From NCBI GenBank assembly GCA_963831005.1, contig CAWHOW010000016.1:71934-135933 (forward strand): DNA of 64,000 bases, written 5' to 3'. This stretch comes from an uncultured Bacteroidota bacterium (GTDB taxonomy: Bacteria > Bacteroidota > Bacteroidia > Bacteroidales > CG2-30-32-10). Numbering within the stretch: position 1 is the stretch's first letter; every line of letters begins with the position of its first letter. The notes under the pieces were generated by a model. It saw only the letters and a list, made by a program, of their open reading frames with translations, was not told where the DNA came from and made no database searches. Shown here one piece after another: positions 10,507 through 21,300 of the stretch. Both the position numbers and the translations under genes were made by a program.

Positions 10507-10574
10507 CAAAATTACTCGCCATTGCAGAATAGATTGATTAAGATAAGATTAAATACTAATTAATATTAAGTTAA
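10507..10574 (-). promoter_or_regulatory. -7 box TAATTTTG (10507-10514) with four (A/G)TTAA repeats at 11-bp period (10537, 10548, 10559, 10570)
   Basis: Direct reading; same geometry as sites at 4791 and 54207. Confidence 0.6.
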
Positions 10575-10690
10575 TACAGCAAACTGCTTTTTAGTATAGT
10601 TATCCAACAGGATAAAAGAATGTTTTAAGAAATTTATCTTATTAAGCATATTGTCTTCTTAAAAATTTGTTATTTTTTTCATAATATATT

Positions 10691-10709
10691 TCCTATATAT
10701 ACGATAGTA
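10691..10709 (+). promoter_or_regulatory. Palindromic operator TCCTAT-N7-ATAGTA upstream of the imcH-like operon
   Basis: Identical to reverse complement of 4907-4925, with extended flanking identity. Confidence 0.7.
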
Positions 10710-10920
10710 TTAATATTTTTTGTAAATTGCAGCCAAATTTCAGGCTTATTTTAGCTTTACCGAAGTAGAAAAATTGATGTATTTCATTGTAAACACTTAC
10801 TATTGCTTGTTAAAACATTCACATCCTGTACTAATTGCCAGGATGTCATTTTGATTTACATTTACCCTGACCTGAATTTGCTAATTTTTAAAAAAAAGTA
10901 ACATTATATAAAGTTCAAAG

Positions 10921-12420
10921 ATGAAACTACCGGACTCATATCGTAACCCAATATCCATACTGGGTACCATCATTGCTTCTATTGCATTCACTACTATAGT
11001 TCTTTTAATAGCAATGACATATTTCTTTCACGTTGGCAGTGTTTATTTCGACCTTTTTACATTCATAGTCGTTCCCATTTTCCTGGTTGGCGGACTTGTA
11101 CTTATCGCCTTCGGGATGTTCATGACATGGAGAAAAAAGAAAAGAGGCGGTAAACGATTTCCCGAGATCAACCTCAATGATAAAAAACAACGTAATGCTG
11201 CTACTATATTTATTGTTGTCACGGTGGTTTTTATAATTATGACAGTAATTGGAACCAATGAAGGCATTAAGTATTCTGAGTCAAGAGAATTCTGCGGAAC
11301 GATGTGTCACAAGGCTATGAACCCTGAATATGTGGCTTATCATCATGGCCCTCATGCAGAAGTTTCGTGTTCAGATTGTCATGTTGGTGAGGGAGTAGAT
11401 TATTTTGTAAAAGCAAAAATATCAGGGATGCGCCAGTTGTATAAATATATCACAGGCAGTTATAACAGGCCAATCAGTACGCCTATCACTAACCTGCGCC
11501 CTGCAAGCCAGACCTGCGAAAAATGCCACTGGCCCCAGAAATTCTATACGTATCTATTAAGAAGTGAAAAATATTTCCTCACAGATTCAGCCAATACTGA
11601 ATGGGATGTGGTACTTAAGATGAAAGTTGGTCCTGATAACCCCGCGCTTGGACTTGCAGAAGGCATACACTGGCATATCAATTCCGACATAAAGATAGAA
11701 TACAAGGCTAACGAAAAGAGAGATACTATTTACTGGGTAAAGGTCATCAATTCCAAAACAGGAAAAGAAACTGTATTTCTTGATGAAGCACAGACATCAA
11801 TCAAGATGAATGATATCGACAAGATTGAATCGCGCACCATGGACTGCATGGACTGCCATAACCGTCCTGCGCATGAATACCGTTCTCCTTCAAATTTTGT
11901 AAACAGTTTATTGATCGCTAAGAAGATTCCAGCCTATCTGCCATGGATAAAAAAGATCGCTATGGATGCCTTATGGAACAAAGAATATTCAACATTGGAT
12001 AGTGCAAAAGAAGGGCTCTCTGATTATATCCTGGGAGCTTACAAGAAGAATCATCCACAGATTTTTACGAAATATAATAAAGAGATAAAAGATGCTATCT
12101 CCTATATACAGGAAGAATATTCCCATAATGTTTTCCCTGAAATGAAGATAAACTATTCAACGTATCCAAGGCATATAGGTCATCTTGAAACTAATGGCTG
12201 TTTCAGGTGCCATAACAATACCTTTAAATCTGCCGATGGAAAGGTCATCTCAAATAACTGCGACTTATGCCATACCATACTTGCACAGGGAGCAAAGGAT
12301 ACAGTGAAATATACGAACATCAGCAAATCATTGGAGTTCAAACACCCCATTGATATTGGCAATATATGGAAAGAAGCCCATTGTCGCGACTGCCATAATG
12401 AATTATACAAAACTCATTAA
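10921..12420 (+). CDS. imcH: ImcH-like inner-membrane heptaheme cytochrome c (NapC/NirT domain)
   Basis: Three N-terminal TM helices; FCGTMCH (CX3CH), CSDCH, CEKCHWP, CMDCHNRPAH, CFRCH, CDLCH, CRDCH; architecture matches Geobacter ImcH. Confidence 0.85.
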   Translation: MKLPDSYRNPISILGTIIASIAFTTIVLLIAMTYFFHVGSVYFDLFTFIVVPIFLVGGLVLIAFGMFMTWRKKKRGGKRFPEINLNDKKQRNAATIFIVVTVVFIIMTVIGTNEGIKYSESREFCGTMCHKAMNPEYVAYHHGPHAEVSCSDCHVGEGVDYFVKAKISGMRQLYKYITGSYNRPISTPITNLRPASQTCEKCHWPQKFYTYLLRSEKYFLTDSANTEWDVVLKMKVGPDNPALGLAEGIHWHINSDIKIEYKANEKRDTIYWVKVINSKTGKETVFLDEAQTSIKMNDIDKIESRTMDCMDCHNRPAHEYRSPSNFVNSLLIAKKIPAYLPWIKKIAMDALWNKEYSTLDSAKEGLSDYILGAYKKNHPQIFTKYNKEIKDAISYIQEEYSHNVFPEMKINYSTYPRHIGHLETNGCFRCHNNTFKSADGKVISNNCDLCHTILAQGAKDTVKYTNISKSLEFKHPIDIGNIWKEAHCRDCHNELYKTH

Positions 12421-12488
12421 TAGTGGAAGAATTTATTAGAAACAATAATTCGTTTGCATAATAAGAGGATCATTTTAAAACATTAAAT

Positions 12489-14940
12489 ATGACTAAAGAA
12501 TACAGACCGGTAAAAAGTGTTTTGCTCCTTCTTATCAGTTTATTTTTTATAATTGGTAAACTAACGGGGCAGTCAAACGATGACTGCTTAACTTGCCATG
12601 AAGATCAAACAATGACTGCTAAATGGCAGGGTTCAACGATTTCTTTATATGTTAATAAAGCTAACTTTTATAATTCTGTTCATAAGAATGTTGCCTGTGC
12701 TTCCTGTCATAAAGATGCTGCCGTAAAAGACTTCCCTCACCCCGAGAACCTCAAGCCTGTTGAATGCGGCAGTTGCCATGCGGGTTTCCAGGAGCTCGTC
12801 AACAACGATATGCATCACAAATTAGTGAACCTGCCGCCAGATAAAGCTCCTACCTGCAAGATATGCCCACGGTACACATGAAATTGTGAAGCCTTCTTCA
12901 ATTCCCAACAAAGCTGTTGCTATTTGCGGGAAATGCCATAAGGTAGATAAGCTCTCCGCTCCATACCATACTGATAATCTGGTTGAAAATAATTGCCTCA
13001 ACTGTCATAAGAAAAAAGATTACAGGGCTATGCTTTCCAAGTCAGTTCATACTAAACTGAAATGCTCCAATTGCCATGGATATGTAGTTAACAACCTTGC
13101 CACTCACCGTACTCTGCCGAAAGATGAAGCTACAACTGATTGTTATTTATGCCATGCAGCCATTGCAGCAGAACATAAAGAAAGCATACACGGACTTGCG
13201 CTGTCAGAAGGCATCAACGAAGCTGCACAATGCTGGGATTGTCATGGAACGCATAACATCTTAAAAGTTACAAATGACAGCAGCAAGGTATCTGCCAAGA
13301 ATCTTCCAGCTACTTGCGGCAAATGCCATGACGATTCATTATTTATTTTGAAGCATAACTTCACTGTTAAAAACCCGGGGAAAATGTATTCCCAATCGGT
13401 TCACTGGAAACTTGTAAATGGAGGGAGCAAGGATGCCCCGTCTTGCATAAGCTGCCATAGTGCACATAGTATCAAGAACAGGGTTCAGCAGAACACTACA
13501 ATTTCAAGCGTTGCAGTACCTGACCTTTGCGGGAAATGCCATGCTAAAATTGAAGAGGAGTACAAAAAATCCATTCACTGGTTAGCTGTGAAGAAAGGGG
13601 TGCGTGAAGCGCCTTCGTGTAATGACTGTCATAGTGAGCATGCTATTCATGCAGTAAATACAAATCACAAAAGAGCTGCCATAGAGAAATTACAGGAAGA
13701 AACCTGCCTGCAATGCCATCAGAATTTATTGCTTTCACAGCGTTACGGAATGGCTGCCAACAATGCTAAAAGTTATCAGGACAGTTATCATGGCTTAGCT
13801 GTGGCGAGAGGAGATACCAATGCTGCCATGTGCATAGATTGCCACGGAGTGCACAGCATATTGCCCGCAAATCATAAGAACTCCACCATCAACCCAAAGA
13901 ATGTAACAGCTACCTGCAAGAAATGTCATCACGATGCTACAGAGATATTTGCAAGAAGTTATTCTCATATCACCGACAAGAAAACACCGGCCGGACATGT
14001 GGAAAATGTTGTAAGAAACATTTATTTCTGGTTAATAATTATTGTTGTTTTCGGAATGATTGTGCATAACCTTATTATTTTATTTTATGAATTAAAAGAA
14101 AGATACAAGAAATCAAAAGAGGAGATACGGATACCACGGTTGACAAGAAATGAATTGGTACAGCATACAATATTATTTGTATCCTTTATTATTCTTGCAA
14201 TAACAGGGTTTCAGCTTAAATTCCCTGATAGTTGGTGGAGTCATGGATTGCAGTATTTTGGGCTTACTGAAAATGTGAGACGTGAAATTCACAGATGTTC
14301 AGCTACAATTATGATCACGCTTTCATTGTATCATGTAATATATTTAATTGTCACTTCAAGAGGCCGTGAAGTATTAAAAGGAATGTTACCAAAGCTTGCT
14401 GATTTTAAACTGGCATGGACAAATATGCTCTTCTACCTGCGATTAAAGAAACAAGAACCTGAATTTGATAATTTTACTTATATAGAAAAAGTGGAGTACT
14501 GGGCTTTGATCTGGGGAACTGTTATAATGGGGCTTACTGGTTTTGTTCTTTGGTTCCCTACAATTGTAGGTAACTGGGCGCCGGTGTGGTTCATTAAAGT
14601 TTGTGAAATAGTGCATTTCTATGAAGCTATACTGGCAACACTAGCTATTATAATATGGCATTGGTTCTTCGTCATGTTCCATCCCAAAGAATATCCGGTA
14701 AGCTTTACGGTAATAAACGGTCAAATGACACTCAGGCATTATAAAGCAGAACACAGATTGCAAATTGAACGAGTTTATAAAGAATGGGCTGATATGAAAG
14801 CCGGAAAACTCAGTGTGAAGAAGCTCAGCAATTTTACCAAACTATTTATTGCTGCTATTGAAAAAGCAGGATATAATGCGGATGAGTTTTTTCAGAAAGA
14901 AATGACCAATGAAGAAAACCATGCCGGTGATAATAAATGA
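12489..14940 (+). CDS. CbcL-like multiheme c (16 CxxCH) fused to FdnI/HydC-type cytochrome b; +1 frameshift in CCC at 12866-12868
   Basis: Removing one C restores CKICHGTHEIVKP; C-terminal LVQH, ITGFQLKFP, IHR, EKVEYWALIWG, VHFYEAILA, WHWF. Confidence 0.87.
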
Positions 14941-14959
14941 TAAACCTTATTATTAAATA

Positions 14960-17741
14960 ATGATGGGAAATAACGTTAACAAATGGATGGCATTACTATT
15001 TGCATGCTTTTCACTAAGCATAGTAAATGCCATTGCACAGACAAATGAGGACTGCCTTACCTGTCACGAAGATGCAACCTTATCAAAGGTGAGCAATGGC
15101 AAAACAATTTCTTTGTTTGTCAATAAGAATATCTTAGGAGGTTCTGTACATGCCGGATTAAAATGTGTTTCCTGTCATGCTGATGCTGCTGTTACAGATT
15201 TCCCCCATCCAGAAAACCTTAAAGAAGTTGAATGCGGGAAATGTCACGGTACTGAACTGATACAATACAGTGGAGGTGTTCACGGGCAGGCTTCAAAGTT
15301 AAATTCTCCTTATGCTCCTACTTGTAAAGATTGTCACGGAAAACATGACATACTGGCTTCCGCTATTCCTACGTCCCGTACCTTTAAATTCAATATTCCT
15401 GCATTATGCGGCAGATGTCATAAAGAAGGCTCTCCTGTATCCAACATGTACGATATTTCACAAACCAATATACTTGATAACTATAGCGAGGGCATACACG
15501 GTGTAGGCTTATTGAAAAAAGGTCTTATTGTTTCTGCAACCTGTAACGACTGTCATGGGAATCATCTTATACTGCCTCATACAAGCCCTAATTCGACAGT
15601 GTCACCTCAGAGGATTGCAAGCACATGCATGAAATGCCATACAAAGATCGAAGAGGTGCATAAAAAAATAATTAAGAACGAACTTTGGGAAACAAAACCC
15701 GGAGCCATCCCTGCCTGCTCGGCATGCCATCCTCCTCATAAAGTATCGATAGATGAAAGCGTTCAATCTATTGCAGATATTGCCTGTTTAAAATGTCATC
15801 AGGATCCGGAAGTACACAAAACTGTTGATGGTAAAGACATATCGTTAACAGTAAAAGTGTCCGATATGGAGAGTTCCGTGCATAAGAATATTTCATGTAT
15901 TAAATGCCATTCGGATTGTGATATTACGTTGTCACGACCCTGTTCAACTACTAAATCTGTTGACTGTTCCAACTGCCATATCTCTGTTGCCGACCTTTAT
16001 TTTACAAGCGGTCACGGTAAAGCATATCTTAAAAAAGAAAAGAATGCGCCATTCTGCACTGATTGCCACGGCACCCATAATATAAAGACAAGATATGATG
16101 ACACTTCACCTACTTACAGGGCTAATATTCCGGGGCTTTGCGGAAAATGTCATAATGAGAACGGGAAAGCTGTAAAGACCACTAAATTAAAAGAGGTTAA
16201 TGCTTATGCTGATTATTCATTAAGTGTCCATGGGAAGGGATTAATGGAGCAGGGACTTTTGGTAAGCGCTGTTTGCTCCGACTGTCACACTTCGCACCAT
16301 ATACTTAAAGAATCGGATACAGCTTCTTCAGTAAATCCGAAGAATATTTCCCTTACATGCTCAAATTGCCATAAGAGCATTTATGAGGAATATATTGTAA
16401 GTGACCATTCCATTAATAAAGCTGACGGGAAACACAAATACCCAACCTGTGCCGATTGCCATTCTGCTCATGTTATCACGGCAATAGATAACGATAAATT
16501 TATGACACAGATTACTACTCAGTGCGGAAGCTGTCATGAAAAATTAGCGGAAACCTATCTTGAAACCTATCATGGGAAAGCATATCTTCTGGGATACCTC
16601 AAAGCAGCAAAATGTTCCGATTGCCATGGTTCGCATAATATCTTAAAAGTTAACAATCCAAATTCAGCAGTAGGATTTAAGAATATTGTGAATACATGCA
16701 GGAAATGTCACAGTTACGCAAATCTGCGATTTACAGGTTACCTGACACATGCTACACATAATGCCAATAATGTTTTGTTCTATACCTTCTGGGGAATGAC
16801 GTTGTTGTTGCTTGGCGTATTTGGGTTCTTTGGCCTGCATACCATGTTATGGATACCAAGGTCAATTATGGAAGCAAGGAAAAAACGCAATCATAAGAAG
16901 CCTGAAGGAAAAGCGGAATATATAAGGCGATTTACACGCAGCCAGAGGGTGACACATATTTTTGTCATAGTTAGCTTCTTATCACTTGCTTTAACAGGCA
17001 TGACATTGAAGTTCGCCCATATGCACTGGGCAAGGATAATTGCCGGATTCTTCGGAGGAGTACGCGCTGGCAGGAACTATTCACAGGATGGCGGCAATAA
17101 TTACATTCGGATATTTTATATATCACGTTTTCTCATTGTTGCGCGAAAAGAAGCAGAAAAAAGAAAGTCTGATAAAATTTATATTCGGGAAAAATTCACT
17201 GATGTTCAACAAGCAGGATATACGAGATTTTATTGGAACTGTTAAATGGTTCATGGGCAGGGGGCCACGACCGCTATACGGCAGATGGACATATTGGGAG
17301 AAGTTCGATTACATGGCTGTATTCTGGGGTGTTGCAGTAATCGGCTTATCAGGATTGATCCTTTGGTTTCCCGAAATATTCACAAGCGTTCTTCCCGGCT
17401 GGATGATAAACGTGGCGCAGATCATACATAGCGATGAAGCCTTGTTAGCTGTCGGTTTCATTTTCACCATTCACTTCTTTAACACGCATCTTAGACCCGA
17501 ATCATTCCCGATGGACACAGTAATATTTACTGGTCATGTTCCGCTGGAAGAATACAAAGCCGACAGGCCGCGCGAATTTGCAGAACTGGAAGAATCAGGC
17601 AAGTTGGAAGATGTAAGAGTAACCACTGAAATAACAAGCTCCTGGTTAAAGATAGTGAAGACAGCAGGATTCATTTTCCTGAGTATCGGACTTATACTGG
17701 TACTGCTTATACTGTTCTCGCTGATAACAGGATCGTATTAA
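14960..17741 (+). CDS. Second CbcL-like multiheme c (19 CxxCH) fused to cytochrome b; +1 frameshift near 17063
   Basis: 19 CxxCH counted; QRVTH, LTGMTLKF, then IHRMAA, YGRWTYWEKFDYMAVFWG, IIHSDEALLAVGFIFTIHFF in shifted ORF 17040-17741. Confidence 0.87.
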
Positions 17742-17761
17742 TTCCTTTGAGGAATTAACTT

Positions 17762-17795
17762 AATAGCCGGAAACAATGTTTCCGGCTATTTTCTT
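17762..17795. terminator. Bidirectional intrinsic terminator between convergent genes
   Basis: AATAGCCGGAAAC-aat-GTTTCCGGCTATT followed by T-run. Confidence 0.85.
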
Positions 17796-17803
17796 TTTCC
17801 TTA

Positions 17804-18373
17804 TTATTGATACCAGGTGCTACCTTTATAAGCTTTTGATTGTTTAAGAGGAACAATCTTTCCTTCATAATGAAGCTGACTGAACTTCAATGAAACCCAT
17901 GCGTTTGCATTACCTGAAGCTGATACATCCAGGTTAACATTATATGAACCGGACATTGCATCAACCAGCATAAAGAGAGAGCATGATTTTTTCTTATCGT
18001 TTTTTGACAATGTATATGTTTTTATTTTACCCTTAGCAGTAGAACCACCGACACCATTATAACCAATCCTTTTATCCGAGCCTATCTGAAGTACAGCATT
18101 GGAGGAATCAACCAGAATAAAATTAAGTAACTTGTCGACACTTTGGCGACCTGCAACTTTGGTATTCTCTATAAATTCAGCTTCTAAAACAAATGACCTT
18201 TTACTAAGTACCTGATAAGTAGAATCAAATTGCTTCTGAAGCTTTGCCTCTTTTGCAAGTTTCTTTTGCTCTCGTTTTTGTTTACCACTAAGAGTAGTAT
18301 CCACTTCCTGCGCAGAAATAATAACTGGTACTAGAAATAGCAATAATAGTATGGATTTATTTTTAATCTGCAT
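17804..18373 (-). CDS. DUF4251-like exported protein
   Basis: Signal peptide; FVLEAEF, NFILVD, LQIG...GYNGVGG. Confidence 0.75.
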   Translation of the reverse strand: MQIKNKSILLLLFLVPVIISAQEVDTTLSGKQKREQKKLAKEAKLQKQFDSTYQVLSKRSFVLEAEFIENTKVAGRQSVDKLLNFILVDSSNAVLQIGSDKRIGYNGVGGSTAKGKIKTYTLSKNDKKKSCSLFMLVDAMSGSYNVNLDVSASGNANAWVSLKFSQLHYEGKIVPLKQSKAYKGSTWYQ

Positions 18374-18398
18374 ATTTTATAATATTCAATCAAACTTA

Positions 18399-21300
18399 TT
18401 ATTCTTTCACAAATTTCTTAACTGCCATCCCATTTTTACTTTCAACTTTCAGAAAATACAGGCCTTTCGAGAATAATGCTATATTAATATTAGTTTTAGC
18501 CTGAAGCATGGGCTGTTGTATTAGTAATTGTCCCTGAATGTCGTAAACAGAAATTGTTTGGTTATTAGTAAAGTCATTGTATTCTATTGTAATATTATCA
18601 CTAGCCGGATCGGGATAAATCGAAAATCCAAGCTTTTCGTTAATTGTTTCTATACCCGTTGGCGAATAATATATAACATTTGAGGTATCAGATACGCAAG
18701 CATTGCCACCGGATACAATACAATAATAATAGCCTGCTGAAGTTGGAATGTAAACTTGAGCTGTTGCCCCCGAAATGATAGTATTATTATAATACCATTG
18801 GTTGCCGGCTGTAGCATTTGATATAATATATATGCCGGCCTTTGTGATTACAGGAGGTTGAGTCAATGGATTGGTAGCACAAACTACAGTAAAAGCATAA
18901 TCTTCCGTTTCACCATCCTTAAGTTGACTGCAAGGATCAAGTGGAAGATAATTGTAATAATCACCTCTGACACGCATTCTGTGTGTACCGGGAGTAACAT
19001 TAATCGGAACAGTGAATATATCGCTTACAGTAAATAAGTGCCCTACGTTACTGTCTGTTATAACCCTTTCAGAAGATTCAAATATTCCATCATCATTAAA
19101 ATCAATCCAGACAGAGAATGCCATAGCATAACCGGAGGAAGTAAAAGACATAGTTGTTGTGTCAAGTTGCGAATTTGAGGCAATTTCGGAACTGCTGTAA
19201 TCAGTGTATGAGGATGCTGCGCATGCAGTGCTGTTATTAAAATTAGATATCCCACCTGTTGTTTTCACATTTGAGATCCACATAGTACTTGTGCTAGTTG
19301 ATGGAACAGGAATACAATAACAATCGTAGAATGGACTCATTGTAACATTCAGAGAAGAGGAATTAGAAGATAATCCGCTATTTGAGCATGTAACTATACA
19401 ATGATAATAAGCAGATACTGTTTGTGAAGTTGTCAATGTATCGCTTGTACCACCCGATATATTTGCCCACGTGCTGTTATCAGGCGACGATTGCCATTGA
19501 TAAGTTAAACCTCCGGCAAAAGTAGTTCCTGATAAACTTAAAGTGAAATTTTTTCCTATGCAGACTGGGTTAGCTGATGAAACGGCAGTTCCGGCAACGG
19601 GGAGGCCGGCACAAGGTGTGTTTACTATTGTTATATCATAATCTTCAACATCTGCCCAAGTATATACTCCACAAGGGTCAGTTGGAGTTGTATTATAATT
19701 CAAAATTACCCTCATGTGAACAGTGCCGTTAAAAGCACTTACCGGTACTGTAAAATTCGAACTGTAAGTAGTATTTGCAGTAGATAAATAGATACCATTT
19801 GCTATCATCTCTGATGAAGAAAAAACTCCGTCATGATTATAATCAATCCACGCGCTTACATAATTTGCATCAACATCTCCGCATTGCGCTCCAAAGGAAT
19901 ATGTACTGCCGGCATTCAATGAGGTTGTGGTTGTCCCAACAACAGGACTATATAACGTGTAACATTGTGTTGAAGAAATAGAATGCCCTGTATTATTTAC
20001 CATATTAGGAGTACCATTCAGCGACACTTGCGATAGATAATTTCCATACTCAGCATAAAGATTACAATCATTAACAGTCGGTGTACAATAACAGTTTGCA
20101 GCCGAATTCATTGTAACATATAAAGAAGTGGAATTTGCGGATAATCCGCTGTTGGTGCATGTAACCACACAACGATAATATGTAGAATCTGTTTGAGAAG
20201 TTGTCAAAGTATCATTTGTAGCACCGGAGATATTGATCCAAGTGCTGCCATTCGGAGATGATTGCCATTGATAATTTATTCCTCCGGTTGTAATACTATA
20301 TTGCAAGCTCAAAGTAAAATTAACACCTGAGCAAACAGGATTTAGATTGGATAGAGTATTCCCAGGGTCAGGAGTACCAGTACATGGGGTAAGAGCAATC
20401 ACTGTATAAGCATAATCTTCCGTTTCTCCATACATTAGCTGACTGCATGGATCGGTAGGTGCCCCGTCAGTATAATATTCTCCCCTAACACGCATTTTGT
20501 GTGTGCCAGGTATGGCCGCAATTGGAACAGTGAAATTATCACTGAATGTCAATGCTCCTGCTGTATTATTGTCTGCTATAACCCGTTCAGAATTTTCAAA
20601 AATCCCATCATCATTATTATCAATCCAGACAGAGAATGCCATGGCGTAACCTCCGGAAGTGAACGTCATGGTAGTAGTTGAAAGTTGAATATTAGAAGTT
20701 GTTTCAGAACTACTATAATCAGTATATGAAGAAGCAGCACAACCAGAACTGTTATTAAAATTAGTGACTCCGCCGCTGGCAGTTACATTTGAAATCCACA
20801 TATATGAACAGGCATCAGTTGAAGGTGATGGTATGCAATAACAGTTACTGGCAGGATTCAATTTAACATATAGAGATGTTGAATTAGAAGACAATCCGCT
20901 GTTAGAGCAGGTAACAATACAACGGTAGTAGGTAGAATCCGTCTGCGTAGTCGAAACCGATTCACTGGTAGCGCCAGACATATTTGTCCATGTACTGTTA
21001 TTTGGAGACGATTGCCATTGATAAGTCAAACCACTTGTAGAAGGTGCCGGGGATAAGCTTAATGTGAAACTTGTTCCACTGCAAACAGGATTGGCTGAAG
21101 AAATAGTTGTATCTGCCGTTGGCGTTCCTGTACAAGGTACATTAATCAAAGTTATTTCATAATCCTCAACATCTGCCCAAGTATAAGTTCCACAAGGATC
21201 AGTAGGTGTTGTGCCTTCATTCAAAATGACCCTCATTCTAACAGTGCCATTAACAGCACTTGACGGTACTGTAAAACCAGAACTATAGGTTGTATTTACA

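Noticed and set aside
12860-12890. Programmed ribosomal frameshifting in the cytochrome genes
   Set aside because: No slippery heptamer or stimulatory structure; similar single-base insertions occur in unrelated genes
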